Source: Candidatus Omnitrophota bacterium | GTDB taxonomy: Bacteria > Omnitrophota > Gorgyraeia > Tantalellales > Tantalellaceae | Length of the DNA stretch: 64,000 bases | Assembly: GCA_049643885.1 (NCBI GenBank) | Contig: JBARQV010000033.1 | Location: 75,229-139,228 of the forward strand | Reading direction: 5' to 3' | In this document: one piece after another, positions 40,400 through 49,942 of the stretch | Position numbering within the stretch: the stretch's first letter is position 1 | How the letters are laid out: the number at the start of each line of letters is the position of its first letter | Position numbers and translations under genes: made by a program | Notes under the pieces: generated by a model | What the model was told of the DNA's origin: nothing | The model's database searches: none | Seen by the model: only the letters and a program-made list of their open reading frames with translations

Positions 40400-41419
40400 A
40401 TGGATATTAGAAAGGCGATACAAAAAGTTGTTTACCGCGAGGACCTGACGCAGGGAGAGGCCCATCAGGTCTTCGGCGGGATAATGAGCGGAAAGGCTAC
40501 ATCTTCGCAGATAGGAGCTTTTATCACCGCTCTTCGCATGAAAGGCGAGACCGTGGATGAGATAACCGGGGCCACGAGGGTAATGCGGGAGAAGTCTCTC
40601 AAGATCAGGACAAGGGGGATTGTTCTCGATACCTGCGGGACGGGCGGCAGCGGCCTGCATACGTTTAACATCTCGACGGCGTCGGCTTTTGTCCTTGCCG
40701 GGTGCGGGGTAAAAGTGGCAAAACACGGTAACCGCTCAGCGTCAAGCAGGTGCGGCAGCGCGGATGTGCTGGAAGAGCTCGGGGTCAGGCTTGATGTTCC
40801 AGCGAAGGTCACTGAAAAATGCCTCAAAGAAATAAATATCGGTTTCATGTTCGCTCCTTTATTCCATAGCGCCATGAAATACGCGGTTAAACCGAGAAGG
40901 GAGATCGGTATCCGGACCATTTTTAATATCCTGGGGCCGTTATCCAATCCCGCTTCGGCGAATTGCCAGGTTCTTGGAGTGTTCAAGGATGAGCTTACGG
41001 GCATGATGGCGAGGGTATTAAAGGAACTCGGGACGCGAAGGGCGTATATCGTGCACGGAAGTGACGGCCTTGATGAAGTCACCATTGCAGGAAAGACAAA
41101 TGTGAGCGAACTCAAGGGCGGAAAAGTGAAGTCTTTTTATGTGACGCCGGGGACTTTCGGGGTAAAGAAAGCTTCTATCAAGGACATCCGGGGAGGGTCT
41201 GTTAAACAGAACGCCAAAATCTTACGCGATGTTCTTTCGGGAAAGAAGGGCCCGAAACGGGACGTCGTTCTTATCAACGTGAGCGTGGGCCTTATGGCAT
41301 CCGGCCGGGTGAAGAATTTCAGAGAAGGCGTTAAAATGGCCGCCCATTCCATAGATTCGGGAAGAGCGCTGGAGAAGCTTCAGCAGCTTGTAAAGATCAC
41401 TAACCGGGGAGCTAAATGA
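40400..41419 (+). CDS. trpD: Anthranilate phosphoribosyltransferase
   Basis: DTCGTGGSG and KHGNRSASS are present. The ORF-track start is 40382, and I prefer the ATG giving MDIRKAIQK, which has a GGAG RBS. Confidence 0.9.
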   Translation: MDIRKAIQKVVYREDLTQGEAHQVFGGIMSGKATSSQIGAFITALRMKGETVDEITGATRVMREKSLKIRTRGIVLDTCGTGGSGLHTFNISTASAFVLAGCGVKVAKHGNRSASSRCGSADVLEELGVRLDVPAKVTEKCLKEINIGFMFAPLFHSAMKYAVKPRREIGIRTIFNILGPLSNPASANCQVLGVFKDELTGMMARVLKELGTRRAYIVHGSDGLDEVTIAGKTNVSELKGGKVKSFYVTPGTFGVKKASIKDIRGGSVKQNAKILRDVLSGKKGPKRDVVLINVSVGLMASGRVKNFREGVKMAAHSIDSGRALEKLQQLVKITNRGAK

Positions 41420-42192
41420 TACTTACTAAGATCATCGAAGAAAAAAGACGCGAAGTGGAGGATCTACAGAGAGAGGTCCCCTTGCACGAGCTTAAGGACA
41501 ATGCCCGCCGGGTATTTCTTAAGAGCAGCTTTAAGAAGAACATCTCAAGAAAGGGGCATATAAACCTGATCGGAGAGATCAAAAAAAGTTCGCCTTCAAA
41601 AGGCGTCATCCGGGAGGATTTCAATCCGCTGCAGATAGCTCTTACTTACCAGGCTTCGGGCGCGAGCGCCTTGAGCGTCCTGACCGATGAACGTTTTTTT
41701 GACGGTAAGCTTGAACATCTCAAGACGGTCAAGGAGAGAGTGACCATTCCCGTCCTGAGAAAAGAGTTCATCATAGATGAATATCAGATCTATGAATCCG
41801 CCGTGAACGGGGCCGATGCGATCCTCTTGATAGCTCATATCCTTACACAGGAGGAACTTAACCGGTATCATGAGATCGCCAAGGACCTGGGAATGGACGT
41901 CCTGGTCGAGGTGCACAATGAAGAAGAAGTCCAGAAGGCGTTGAACAGCCCGGCTTCCATCATAGGCATAAACAACAGGGACCTTTCTACTTTTGAGGTA
42001 GATATCAATACGACTCAAAGGCTGATCAGGCTGATACCCGACACAAAGATAATCGTCTCTGAAAGCGGGATCGGGAGTTACGAGCAGGTCATGTTCCTGA
42101 AAAGCCTGGGGGTAGATGCCGTTCTTATAGGCGAAGTTTTTATGCGTGCGGCAAATATCGGTGAAAAAGTAAGAGAACTTATGCGGGAATGA
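41416..42192 (+). CDS. trpC: Indole-3-glycerol phosphate synthase
   Basis: The family motifs IGEIKKSSPSKG and LVEVHNEEE are present. The start overlaps the trpD stop (ATGA). Confidence 0.9.
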   Translation: MILTKIIEEKRREVEDLQREVPLHELKDNARRVFLKSSFKKNISRKGHINLIGEIKKSSPSKGVIREDFNPLQIALTYQASGASALSVLTDERFFDGKLEHLKTVKERVTIPVLRKEFIIDEYQIYESAVNGADAILLIAHILTQEELNRYHEIAKDLGMDVLVEVHNEEEVQKALNSPASIIGINNRDLSTFEVDINTTQRLIRLIPDTKIIVSESGIGSYEQVMFLKSLGVDAVLIGEVFMRAANIGEKVRELMRE

Positions 42193-42228
42193 AATTTAGC
42201 GGATAGCATAGAGCGAATAGAGAGAAAA

Positions 42229-42891
42229 ATGATCAAAGTTAAAATATGCGGCGTGACAAACCTGGAAGATGCGGAGAAAGCGTGTGAATACGGCGCGGAC
42301 TTGATCGGGTTTATTTTTGTCAAAGATACCCCGCGGCACGTATGTCCCGAAACTGTCGGCGGTATCATAAAAGAACTCAAGGGGAAACACGCCCAAGTGG
42401 GCATGGTCGGGTTGTTCCAGGGCACGAGCCCCGAGTCTATCGCCGAGACAGTTTCGCGGTGCGATCTTGATTATGTCCAGCTTCACGGTAACGAGACACC
42501 GGGTGAATGCAGCCAGCTGAAGAAAATACTGGAAGAGAAGTACGGCCGGGAGGCCAAGATCATCAAGGCTTTTAAGGTCAAGGGAGAGATACTGGGGCCG
42601 TTCACCCCAGGCGATTACAAAGACGTCGATTATTTTGTTTTCGATACTTATCACCCGGAGATCCCCGGGGGGACAGGAGTTAAATTTGACTGGGAAGTAC
42701 TGGACAGGGAAAAGGAGAAAATAAAAAAGGATTTCTTCATTGCCGGGGGATTGGACGCGAAAAACGTTTTTGACGCCGTAAAGACCGTCCGGCCTTACGG
42801 GGTAGACGTTTCCAGTGGAGTGGAGAAAGAGCCCGGTAAGAAAGATGAAAAAATGTTAAAGGAGTTCATCCAAAATGCGAAAAAAATATAA
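42229..42891 (+). CDS. trpF: Phosphoribosylanthranilate isomerase
   Basis: [24 protein letters not shown] is the TrpF N-terminus. Confidence 0.88.
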   Translation: MIKVKICGVTNLEDAEKACEYGADLIGFIFVKDTPRHVCPETVGGIIKELKGKHAQVGMVGLFQGTSPESIAETVSRCDLDYVQLHGNETPGECSQLKKILEEKYGREAKIIKAFKVKGEILGPFTPGDYKDVDYFVFDTYHPEIPGGTGVKFDWEVLDREKEKIKKDFFIAGGLDAKNVFDAVKTVRPYGVDVSSGVEKEPGKKDEKMLKEFIQNAKKI

Positions 42892-44065
42892 ATTACCCGA
42901 TAAAAAAGGTTATTTCGGCATATTCGGAGGGGAATATGTCCCGGAGACCCTTATGACAGCTTTAAGGGAACTGACAACGGCGTATAACAAGATAAGCAGG
43001 ACGCGTTCGTTCAGGCAGAAACTGCGTTATTATCTCAAAGAGTATGCCGGCAGGCCCACCCCGTTGTATTTCGCGGAGAAGCTGACCGAAAAGTTAGGAG
43101 GAGGCAGGATATACCTTAAACGGGAAGACCTGCTTCACACCGGCGCGCACAAGATCAACAATACTATCGGCCAGGCCCTTTTGGCGGTAGAGATGGGGAA
43201 GAAAAGGGTTATAGCCGAGACCGGCGCAGGCCAGCATGGAGTGGCTACCGCGACTGTGGCGGCCCTTTTCGGCCTTAAATGTGATGTCTACATGGGGACA
43301 GAGGACATCGTAAGACAGAACCTGAACGTGTTCCGCATGAAGCTTCTGGGGGCGAGGGTCATACCCGTTGAGAGCGGGTCGTGCACTCTCAAAGATGCCA
43401 CCAACGAGGCTATGAGGGACTGGGTGACCAACGTGCGGGATACTTATTATATCCTGGGCTCAGTTGTAGGTCCTCATCCTTATCCCATGATAGTCCGCGA
43501 TTTTCAATCGGTGATCGGCGAGGAGACCCGTGACAGTATGATGAAGACCGAAGGCAGGCTTCCGGATTACCTGGTGGCTTGTGTCGGCGGCGGAAGTAAT
43601 TCGATAGGACTGTTTTATCCCTTCGTGGATGAAAGGAGAGTAAAGTTCATAGGTGTCGAGGCCGCGGGGTTCGGCCTTGCCAGCGGGCATCATGCGGCGG
43701 CTCTCATGAGAGGCAGGGTCGGAGTCCTGCACGGGAGTAAAAGTTTTCTCCTGGAGGACAGTGACGGGCAGATAAAGCTTGCCCATTCCGTTTCGGCCGG
43801 GCTGGATTACCCGGGAGTCGGACCCGAGCATGCGTATTTCAAGAAAACGGGCAGGGCTGATTATGTTTCGGCAACGGACAAGGAAGCCCTTGAAGGAGTG
43901 AGATTGCTTTCCGAGACGGAAGGCATCATTCCCGCCCTGGAACCGGCGCACGCGGTATATTACCTGAAAAAACTTGCGAAGAAAACAAAAAAGAAAGATA
44001 TAATCGTTCTTTGCCTTTCCGGGAGAGGGGACAAGGACATCGATATAATCAAAAAATATATGTAA
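42875..44065 (+). CDS. trpB: Tryptophan synthase beta chain
   Basis: The PLP-lysine region [16 protein letters not shown] and GGGSN are present. Confidence 0.95.
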   Translation: MRKKYKLPDKKGYFGIFGGEYVPETLMTALRELTTAYNKISRTRSFRQKLRYYLKEYAGRPTPLYFAEKLTEKLGGGRIYLKREDLLHTGAHKINNTIGQALLAVEMGKKRVIAETGAGQHGVATATVAALFGLKCDVYMGTEDIVRQNLNVFRMKLLGARVIPVESGSCTLKDATNEAMRDWVTNVRDTYYILGSVVGPHPYPMIVRDFQSVIGEETRDSMMKTEGRLPDYLVACVGGGSNSIGLFYPFVDERRVKFIGVEAAGFGLASGHHAAALMRGRVGVLHGSKSFLLEDSDGQIKLAHSVSAGLDYPGVGPEHAYFKKTGRADYVSATDKEALEGVRLLSETEGIIPALEPAHAVYYLKKLAKKTKKKDIIVLCLSGRGDKDIDIIKKYM

Positions 44066-44069
44066 GGAA

Positions 44070-44117
44070 CCCCACACTTCCGTGTGGGGAATGAATACTA
44101 CAGGCGGAAGCCTGTAG
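44070..44117 (+). repeat. Double-hairpin element X1 (family 2) between the trpB stop and the trpA start
   Basis: Hairpin 1 is CCCCACAC-ttcc-GTGTGGGG (44070-44089). The linker AATGAATA follows. Hairpin 2 is CTACAGGC-ggaa-GCCTGTAG (44098-44117). It is homologous to X2 at 47729-47776. Confidence 0.8.
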
Positions 44118-44133
44118 ATGGAGAGGAGTTGGC

Positions 44134-44937
44134 TTGAATAGGATAAAAGAAACGTTTGACAGGTTGAAAAAAGAAAAAAAGAAAGCGTTTATCCCGTATA
44201 TTACCGCCGGGGACCCGAACATCCAGGCCACTAAAAGATTGGTCCAGGCGCTCTCCAGGGCCGGTGCGGATATCATCGAGCTGGGTATCCCTTTTTCAGA
44301 TCCGCTCGCGGACGGGCCCACCATACAACGAGCGGTCTTCAGGTCTCTGAAGGCGGGCTGCACGGTAGGGAAGATCCTGCGCATGGTCAAGGAGGCGAGG
44401 AACGTTGTTGCAACTCCTTTAATATTCATGACTTACTACAATATTGTTTTTAATTACGGCATTGAGCGTTTCGTAAAAGACGCAAAAAAGAACGGAGCAG
44501 ACGGGATCATAGTTCCTGACCTTCCGCTGGAAGAATCGAATGATCTTATAGAAGTGGCTTACAAAAACGATTTTTATGTCATATTGCTGGCAGCGCCTAC
44601 TACTCCGTTAGAGAGGTTTAAAAAAATAGCGAACCGGTCCCGCGGGTTTGTTTATTATGTTTCCCTGACGGGCGTTACCGGGGCAAGAAGAAAACTTTCA
44701 GAAAAGTTGAAAGGTGAAGTAAGGAAACTCAAAAAAGTGTCTGCGACGCCTGTGTGCGTCGGTTTCGGGATATCGAATCCGGTCCAGGCAAAGGAGATCG
44801 CCGAGGTGTCTGACGGCGTCATCCTGGGCAGCGCGACGATCAATGTTATGGAAAAATATCTGCCGGACAAAAATAAAGCGGTAAAAGAAGTGGAAAAATT
44901 TGCCAGGTCCATCGCCCGCGCCGTCCACAGCGCGTAA
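44134..44937 (+). CDS. trpA: Tryptophan synthase alpha chain
   Basis: FIPYITAGDP is the TrpA motif. The start is an apparent TTG preceded by GGAGAGGAG. Confidence 0.9.
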   Translation: MNRIKETFDRLKKEKKKAFIPYITAGDPNIQATKRLVQALSRAGADIIELGIPFSDPLADGPTIQRAVFRSLKAGCTVGKILRMVKEARNVVATPLIFMTYYNIVFNYGIERFVKDAKKNGADGIIVPDLPLEESNDLIEVAYKNDFYVILLAAPTTPLERFKKIANRSRGFVYYVSLTGVTGARRKLSEKLKGEVRKLKKVSATPVCVGFGISNPVQAKEIAEVSDGVILGSATINVMEKYLPDKNKAVKEVEKFARSIARAVHSA

Positions 44938-44941
44938 TAAC

Positions 44942-45376
44942 ATGCGAATACTAGGTTTGGATATAGGGACGAAGAACATAGGGGTAGCGGTCAGCGACGA
45001 GACAGGAACAATAGCCCAGGGAAAGGGCATCGTCAGGCGCACCAGTGACGAGGCAGCGGTAAAAGAAATAGGCGCTTTTATTGAAGAATATAAAATCGAG
45101 GAAGTAGTTGTCGGGCATCCTTTGAACATGGACGGCACGACCGGAGAGAGGGCCAGGGACAGCGAAAGATTCGCAGAAACCTTAAAAAAAGAAACCGGTC
45201 TTCCGGTAAAATTGTGGGATGAACGGTTGAGTACCAAAGAAGCGGAAGATGTCCTGATAGAAGCCGACGTTTCCAGGAGGGGCAGGAGAAAAGTAAAAGA
45301 TAAGTTGGCGGCACAGCTTATATTGCAGGGTTATTTGGATAGTAGAAAAAGGGATGAGATAGTGGATAATGGATAG
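44942..45376 (+). CDS. ruvX: Putative pre-16S rRNA nuclease / Holliday junction resolvase-like YqgF
   Basis: MRILGLDIGTKNIGVAVSDE is the YqgF N-terminus. The ORF-track frame starts at 44900 and I prefer the ATG at 44942. Confidence 0.85.
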   Translation: MRILGLDIGTKNIGVAVSDETGTIAQGKGIVRRTSDEAAVKEIGAFIEEYKIEEVVVGHPLNMDGTTGERARDSERFAETLKKETGLPVKLWDERLSTKEAEDVLIEADVSRRGRRKVKDKLAAQLILQGYLDSRKRDEIVDNG

Positions 45377-45385
45377 TGGAGGGGT

Positions 45386-46657
45386 ATGTATAAGAAAAAG
45401 CAGTTAAAGAACGGACTCAAGATGGTAGTTTCACCGATGCCCCAGATGGCCTCGGTTTCCCTGGGAGTTTGGATCGGTATCGGCGGCCGTTACGAAAAAG
45501 CGAACTGGAGCGGGATGAGCCATCTTGTCGAACATATGCTTTTTAAGGGCACGTATGAACGCAGCGCTGAGCAGCTCAAGCGATCGATAGAAGGCATCGG
45601 AGGGGCGTTCAACGGTTTCACTTCGGACGAAGTTACCTGTTACATGGTAAAAGTCCCGGCCAAGTACCTGGAGCTCGGCGTCGATATACTTACCGACATG
45701 GTCTTCAATGCCAGGTTCGACGAGATCGACATAGCCAAGGAGAAGTTCGTCATATGCGAAGAGATAAAGATGTATAAAGACCAGCCTGCCGATTACGTGA
45801 TGGAGCTGCTCGGAAGCATCACGTGGCCGGACAATCCCCTGGGCAGGCCCCTTACCGGGAGCAGCACGACGGTAAGAAGTTTCAAGAGGAGCGATATGGT
45901 CGCTTTCAGGGATAATAACTATCATCCGGCTAACATGTCTGTCATCGCGGCGGGGAAAATCGCTTCCGACAGGTTTTTCGATTGCGTATCGAAAAAATTC
46001 ACCGGCCGCAAGAAAAAGAAGACGCCGACATTCAGGTCTCCTGTTGTGGACCAGAACAGACCGCGTGCGAAGTTCATGAATTCGAATACGAAACAGACGC
46101 ACGTTGCTTTGGGCTTTCCGCTTTTGGTAAAAGATGCCAGGGAAAGGTTCTCATTGAAGCTGATGAACGTGATCCTCGGCGGCAATATGTCATCGCGTCT
46201 TTTTGAGGAGTTGAGAGAAAAACACGGCCTTTGTTACGAAATAAGTTCTTCCTACAAGAGGCACAGTGACCTGAGCGAGTTGGTTATTCATTCCGGAGTG
46301 GATTCGTCCAGGGTCTTGAAATCAATTGTCAGTATACTCGACGAACTAAAAAAGATCCGTGATTACGGCGTGACGGAAGAAGAGCTTCTCCGGGCCAAAG
46401 AATACGCCAAGGGGCAGTTTCTTCTCGCCATGGAAGGCACGGCTACCAGGATGTTGTGGCTGGGGGACAGGCTCATGGTCCATCGGGATATCCCGGAGGT
46501 CAGGGAAGTGATCAAAAGGGTGGATGAGGTCGAGGCCGGGGATATTAAGAAAGCCTGCGAGAAGGCTTTCAGGGCGGCACTTGCCAATCTTGCCGTGATC
46601 GGTAACCTGAAAAAAAACGAGATAAAAGATATAAGAAGAGAGTTGGGTAAACTATGA
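45386..46657 (+). CDS. M16-family zinc peptidase (insulinase-like)
   Basis: The inverted zinc motif HLVEHMLFKG (HxxEH) is present. It is preceded by a GGAGG RBS. Confidence 0.85.
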   Translation: MYKKKQLKNGLKMVVSPMPQMASVSLGVWIGIGGRYEKANWSGMSHLVEHMLFKGTYERSAEQLKRSIEGIGGAFNGFTSDEVTCYMVKVPAKYLELGVDILTDMVFNARFDEIDIAKEKFVICEEIKMYKDQPADYVMELLGSITWPDNPLGRPLTGSSTTVRSFKRSDMVAFRDNNYHPANMSVIAAGKIASDRFFDCVSKKFTGRKKKKTPTFRSPVVDQNRPRAKFMNSNTKQTHVALGFPLLVKDARERFSLKLMNVILGGNMSSRLFEELREKHGLCYEISSSYKRHSDLSELVIHSGVDSSRVLKSIVSILDELKKIRDYGVTEEELLRAKEYAKGQFLLAMEGTATRMLWLGDRLMVHRDIPEVREVIKRVDEVEAGDIKKACEKAFRAALANLAVIGNLKKNEIKDIRRELGKL

Positions 46658-47727
46658 GAGGATCTTTCAGACTCGCCAGGATTTTCGGCATCTATATCGA
46701 TATACATTTTACGTTTTTTCTGCTGCTTTTGCTCTTTTTCATCCTTTTGGGCCCCAGGGGGCTGATCCTTATCCTGGGAGTGTTCTTTTTTGTGACGGTC
46801 CACGAGCTGAGTCATAGTCTTGTCGCTTTGCGTTTCGGGATCAAAGTCACAAAAATAACGCTTTTGCCGATAGGCGGTGTCGCTTCCATGGCTGAAATGC
46901 CCACAAAACCATACCAGGAACTTCTGATATCTCTGGCCGGGCCGCTTTCAAATTTGGCCGTCGTCGTTATCTTTTATTTCCCTCTATATTTTTTCCTCGG
47001 CGAAGAGACGTTGATGTATCCTTTACGGGTGATCACCGGGCAGGCTCCTTTTTCCGGTAACTTCAATATCCTGGCCCATATTTACTGGATAAATCTGATC
47101 CTCGCGGTCTTTAACATGATCCCGGCGTTTCCCATGGACGGGGGGCGTGTCCTTCGCTCTATTCTGTCCTACCGGATGGGCTTCAAGGCGGCGACAGGCG
47201 TGGCTGTGAGGCTGGGGCACATCTTCGCGTTATTATTCGGTTATATCGGGATCGTCCACGGGCACATTTTCCTTCTCCTCATAGCCGTATTTATATACAT
47301 GGCCGCTTCGAGCGAAGGCATCCAGGTGGATGTCCAGGAGACCATAAAAAAGTTCACCGTGCGCGATGTCCTGGCCAGAAGTTTTGTCCATGTCGGCCCG
47401 GAAACTACGCTGGCGCAGGTCCTGGAACTCATGTTTCACACCCACCAGGAAGATTTTCCGGTCTTGGAAGACGGTCAGATAAAGGGATTTGTTACCCGCA
47501 GGGAAGTTATCCAGGGCGTGCACATAAAAGGAAAAGATGCCAGTGTCAGCGAGATCATGAGAAAAGACATACCTGTGGTAAAGACTACGACCCGGTTACA
47601 TGATGTGCAGAAACTCATGATAAAATATCACACCAGCGCTATGCCCGTGGAAAGGAGTGGGCACGTGATCGGCGTGGTGACATTAGACGATATAAACAGG
47701 GTCTATATGGTTGTTGGAGAACATTAA
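46654..47727 (+). CDS. Site-2 protease family metalloprotease with tandem CBS domains
   Basis: Multiple TM helices, HELSH (HExxH) within a TM segment, the downstream FNMIPAFPMDGG motif and a C-terminal CBS pair are present. Confidence 0.8.
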   Translation: MRGSFRLARIFGIYIDIHFTFFLLLLLFFILLGPRGLILILGVFFFVTVHELSHSLVALRFGIKVTKITLLPIGGVASMAEMPTKPYQELLISLAGPLSNLAVVVIFYFPLYFFLGEETLMYPLRVITGQAPFSGNFNILAHIYWINLILAVFNMIPAFPMDGGRVLRSILSYRMGFKAATGVAVRLGHIFALLFGYIGIVHGHIFLLLIAVFIYMAASSEGIQVDVQETIKKFTVRDVLARSFVHVGPETTLAQVLELMFHTHQEDFPVLEDGQIKGFVTRREVIQGVHIKGKDASVSEIMRKDIPVVKTTTRLHDVQKLMIKYHTSAMPVERSGHVIGVVTLDDINRVYMVVGEH

Positions 47728-47728
47728 A

Positions 47729-47776
47729 CCCCATGCTTCCGCATGGGGAATGGATACCACGCACGGAAGTGTGTGG
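47729..47776 (+). repeat. Double-hairpin element X2 (family 2) between the S2P stop and the rpe start
   Basis: Hairpin 1 is CCCCATGC-ttcc-GCATGGGG. The linker AATGGATA follows. Hairpin 2 is CCACGCAC-ggaa-GTGTGTGG, with one G-U pair. Relative to X1, both stems changed sequence and kept pairing, while both loops are unchanged. Confidence 0.8.
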
Positions 47777-47794
47777 AGGAATAGAGGGGATAAT

Positions 47795-48442
47795 ATGAGC
47801 AAGAGAATTCTTATTGCGCCGAGCATATTGGCTGCTGATTTCAGCAGGCTCGGAGAAGAAATGAAAGCGGTTGAAAATGCCGGGGCGGATTGGGTCCATG
47901 TCGACGTGATGGACGGCATGTTCGTCCCGAATATCACGATAGGCCAGACGGTGGTCAAGTCCGTAAGATCCGTGACAGATCTGTTTTTCGATGTCCATCT
48001 CATGATCAACGATCCGATCAGGCACGTAGACCAGTTCGCCGATGCGGGTGCCGATATGATAACTTTCCATCTTGAATCCTGCGAGAACTGCTGCGTGGAT
48101 ATTGTAAAGAAAATACGAGACAAAGGAAAAAAAGCGGGTGTTTCGATAAAACCGGGAACGGACGTTTCGCTCTTGGAGGGCAAGTTAAAAGATATCGATA
48201 TGGTGCTCGTCATGACGGTCGAGCCCGGATTCGGTGGCCAGTCTTTCATGCCGGGGATGCTGGATAAAGTAAGGAAGCTTAAAAAAAATTATAATGGCCT
48301 GGTCCAGGTGGACGGTGGAATAAACAAGGAGACCGCGGCCGAGTCGCGTGCGGCGGGAGTCGACGTTCTTGTAGCAGGGACGTTCATTTTTAAGCACAAG
48401 GATTACGCAAAAGCGATAAAAGAACTGAGAGGGGAGGAGTAA
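47795..48442 (+). CDS. rpe: Ribulose-phosphate 3-epimerase
   Basis: ILIAPSILAADFSRLGEE..HVDVMDG..VPN is the Rpe signature. The ORF-track frame starts at 47711 and I prefer the ATG at 47795 after a GGAGGAATAGAGGGG RBS. Confidence 0.9.
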   Translation: MSKRILIAPSILAADFSRLGEEMKAVENAGADWVHVDVMDGMFVPNITIGQTVVKSVRSVTDLFFDVHLMINDPIRHVDQFADAGADMITFHLESCENCCVDIVKKIRDKGKKAGVSIKPGTDVSLLEGKLKDIDMVLVMTVEPGFGGQSFMPGMLDKVRKLKKNYNGLVQVDGGINKETAAESRAAGVDVLVAGTFIFKHKDYAKAIKELRGEE

Positions 48443-49867
48443 ATGGCAAAGATAAAATTCGGCACCGATGGTTGGAGGGCTATTATAAGCGATGATTTTA
48501 CTTTTGAAAACGTAAAGGTCGTAAGTCAGGCTATCGCGGATTTCATCAAATCCCACAGGGAACCTGTTTACAAAAAGAAAAAGGTAGCGATAGGTTTCGA
48601 TACGCGTTTTCTTTCGGATAGATACGCGAAAACTGTGGCTTCTGTTCTGGCCGCGAACGGGGTAAAGTCCGTCCTTTGCGACAAGCCGTGCCCTACGCCG
48701 GCCTTGAGCCTGTATATCAAGGATAAGAAGCTGACCGGCGGGATAATGATAACTGCAAGCCATAACCCTCCCGAGTATAACGGTATCAAATACAAAGGAT
48801 ATTTCGGTGGGTCCGCGGGCAGCGATATCATCAAAGGGATCGAGAAACGCCTGCACAAGAAGCCTGTCAAGTCCATGTCCTTTGAAAAAGCGGTGAAGGA
48901 AAAGAAGATCTTATATGATGATTTCATTAAACTTCAACTTGATCACGTAAAAAATTATGCCGACATGAAAATGCTGAAGAACGCCAAGTTGAAGGTCCTG
49001 GTCGATTCAATGAACGGCACTGGAGGGACTTACCTTGAACAGCTTCTCAAGAACACCTCGATCAAGCTGGATTTCATGAACACTGAGATAAACCCGGGGT
49101 TCAAGGGAAGGGCTCCCGAACCCAACGAAAAACACCTGAAAAAACTCATGCGCCGGGTGAAAAAAGGGAAATATGACCTGGGGATAGCGACTGACGGTGA
49201 TGCGGACCGCGCGGGTATTCTTGACTCCAATGGCAATATGCTTTCAGGGCATAAAGTCATGGCCCTGCTCTTGCTGCATCTTGTCGAGAACAAGAAGATG
49301 ACCGGCGGAGTCGTCCAGACTATTTGCGGGACGGTCCTGATAGACAAGATCTGCCGGGAGTTCGGCCTGGACGCGTACAAGACCCCGGTCGGGTTCAAAT
49401 ACATCGCCGAGCTCATGACAAAGAAGAAGATCCTTATAGGGGGAGAGGAGACCGGCGGGATAGGTTTTATAAATCACATCCCCGAAAGAGATGCCTTTCT
49501 CACTTCTCTTTTGGTCATGGAGGCCATGGTAGCTTATAAAAAGCCCCTTAAGAACATCATAGATGACCTCAATAAAAGGTATGGAACTTATGTCTATGAA
49601 AGAGAGGATTTTGTTTTCAAAGAATCGAAAAGGAAGAAGTTGATGCAGGGCATGAAAAAGAAGCCTCTCGGGAAGATCCTTAATAAGAAGGTGGTCGGGA
49701 TAGACGATTCTGACGGGACCAAGTTTATCTGTGATGACGATAGCTGGCTTCTTCTGAGGCTGTCGGGGACCGAACCGAAGCTCAGGATATACAGCGAAAC
49801 AAAATCCAAAAAGGCTTCTCTCAGGTACGTGGAATACGGAAAGAAATACGCTTTTGGATTAATGTAA
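48443..49867 (+). CDS. Phosphoglucomutase/phosphomannomutase family protein (COG1109-like)
   Basis: FGTDGWRA, the active-site serine loop TASHNPPEYNGIKY and GDADR are present. Confidence 0.85.
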   Translation: MAKIKFGTDGWRAIISDDFTFENVKVVSQAIADFIKSHREPVYKKKKVAIGFDTRFLSDRYAKTVASVLAANGVKSVLCDKPCPTPALSLYIKDKKLTGGIMITASHNPPEYNGIKYKGYFGGSAGSDIIKGIEKRLHKKPVKSMSFEKAVKEKKILYDDFIKLQLDHVKNYADMKMLKNAKLKVLVDSMNGTGGTYLEQLLKNTSIKLDFMNTEINPGFKGRAPEPNEKHLKKLMRRVKKGKYDLGIATDGDADRAGILDSNGNMLSGHKVMALLLLHLVENKKMTGGVVQTICGTVLIDKICREFGLDAYKTPVGFKYIAELMTKKKILIGGEETGGIGFINHIPERDAFLTSLLVMEAMVAYKKPLKNIIDDLNKRYGTYVYEREDFVFKESKRKKLMQGMKKKPLGKILNKKVVGIDDSDGTKFICDDDSWLLLRLSGTEPKLRIYSETKSKKASLRYVEYGKKYAFGLM

Positions 49868-49883
49868 ATCATACGTGCGAATT

Positions 49884-49941
49884 TATCCCGTCCGAAATAA
49901 AAACGTCCCAAGTGGCGTCGGGGATGATAGCGGACGGGATA
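49884..49941 (+). promoter_or_regulatory. Long hairpin abutting the lepA start codon
   Basis: TATCCCGTCCG (49884-49894) and CGGACGGGATA (49931-49941) form an 11-bp perfect stem with a 36-nt loop. The right arm ends 1 nt before the ATG at 49943, and no obvious SD lies outside the stem. Confidence 0.35.
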
Positions 49942-49942
49942 A

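Noticed and set aside
35034-44133. Leader-peptide attenuators, T-boxes or riboswitches for the his, trp, thr, alaS and valS genes
   Set aside because: The relevant upstream gaps are 0-30 nt or overlapping, which is too short for such leaders. The only long gaps carry the repeat elements described above.
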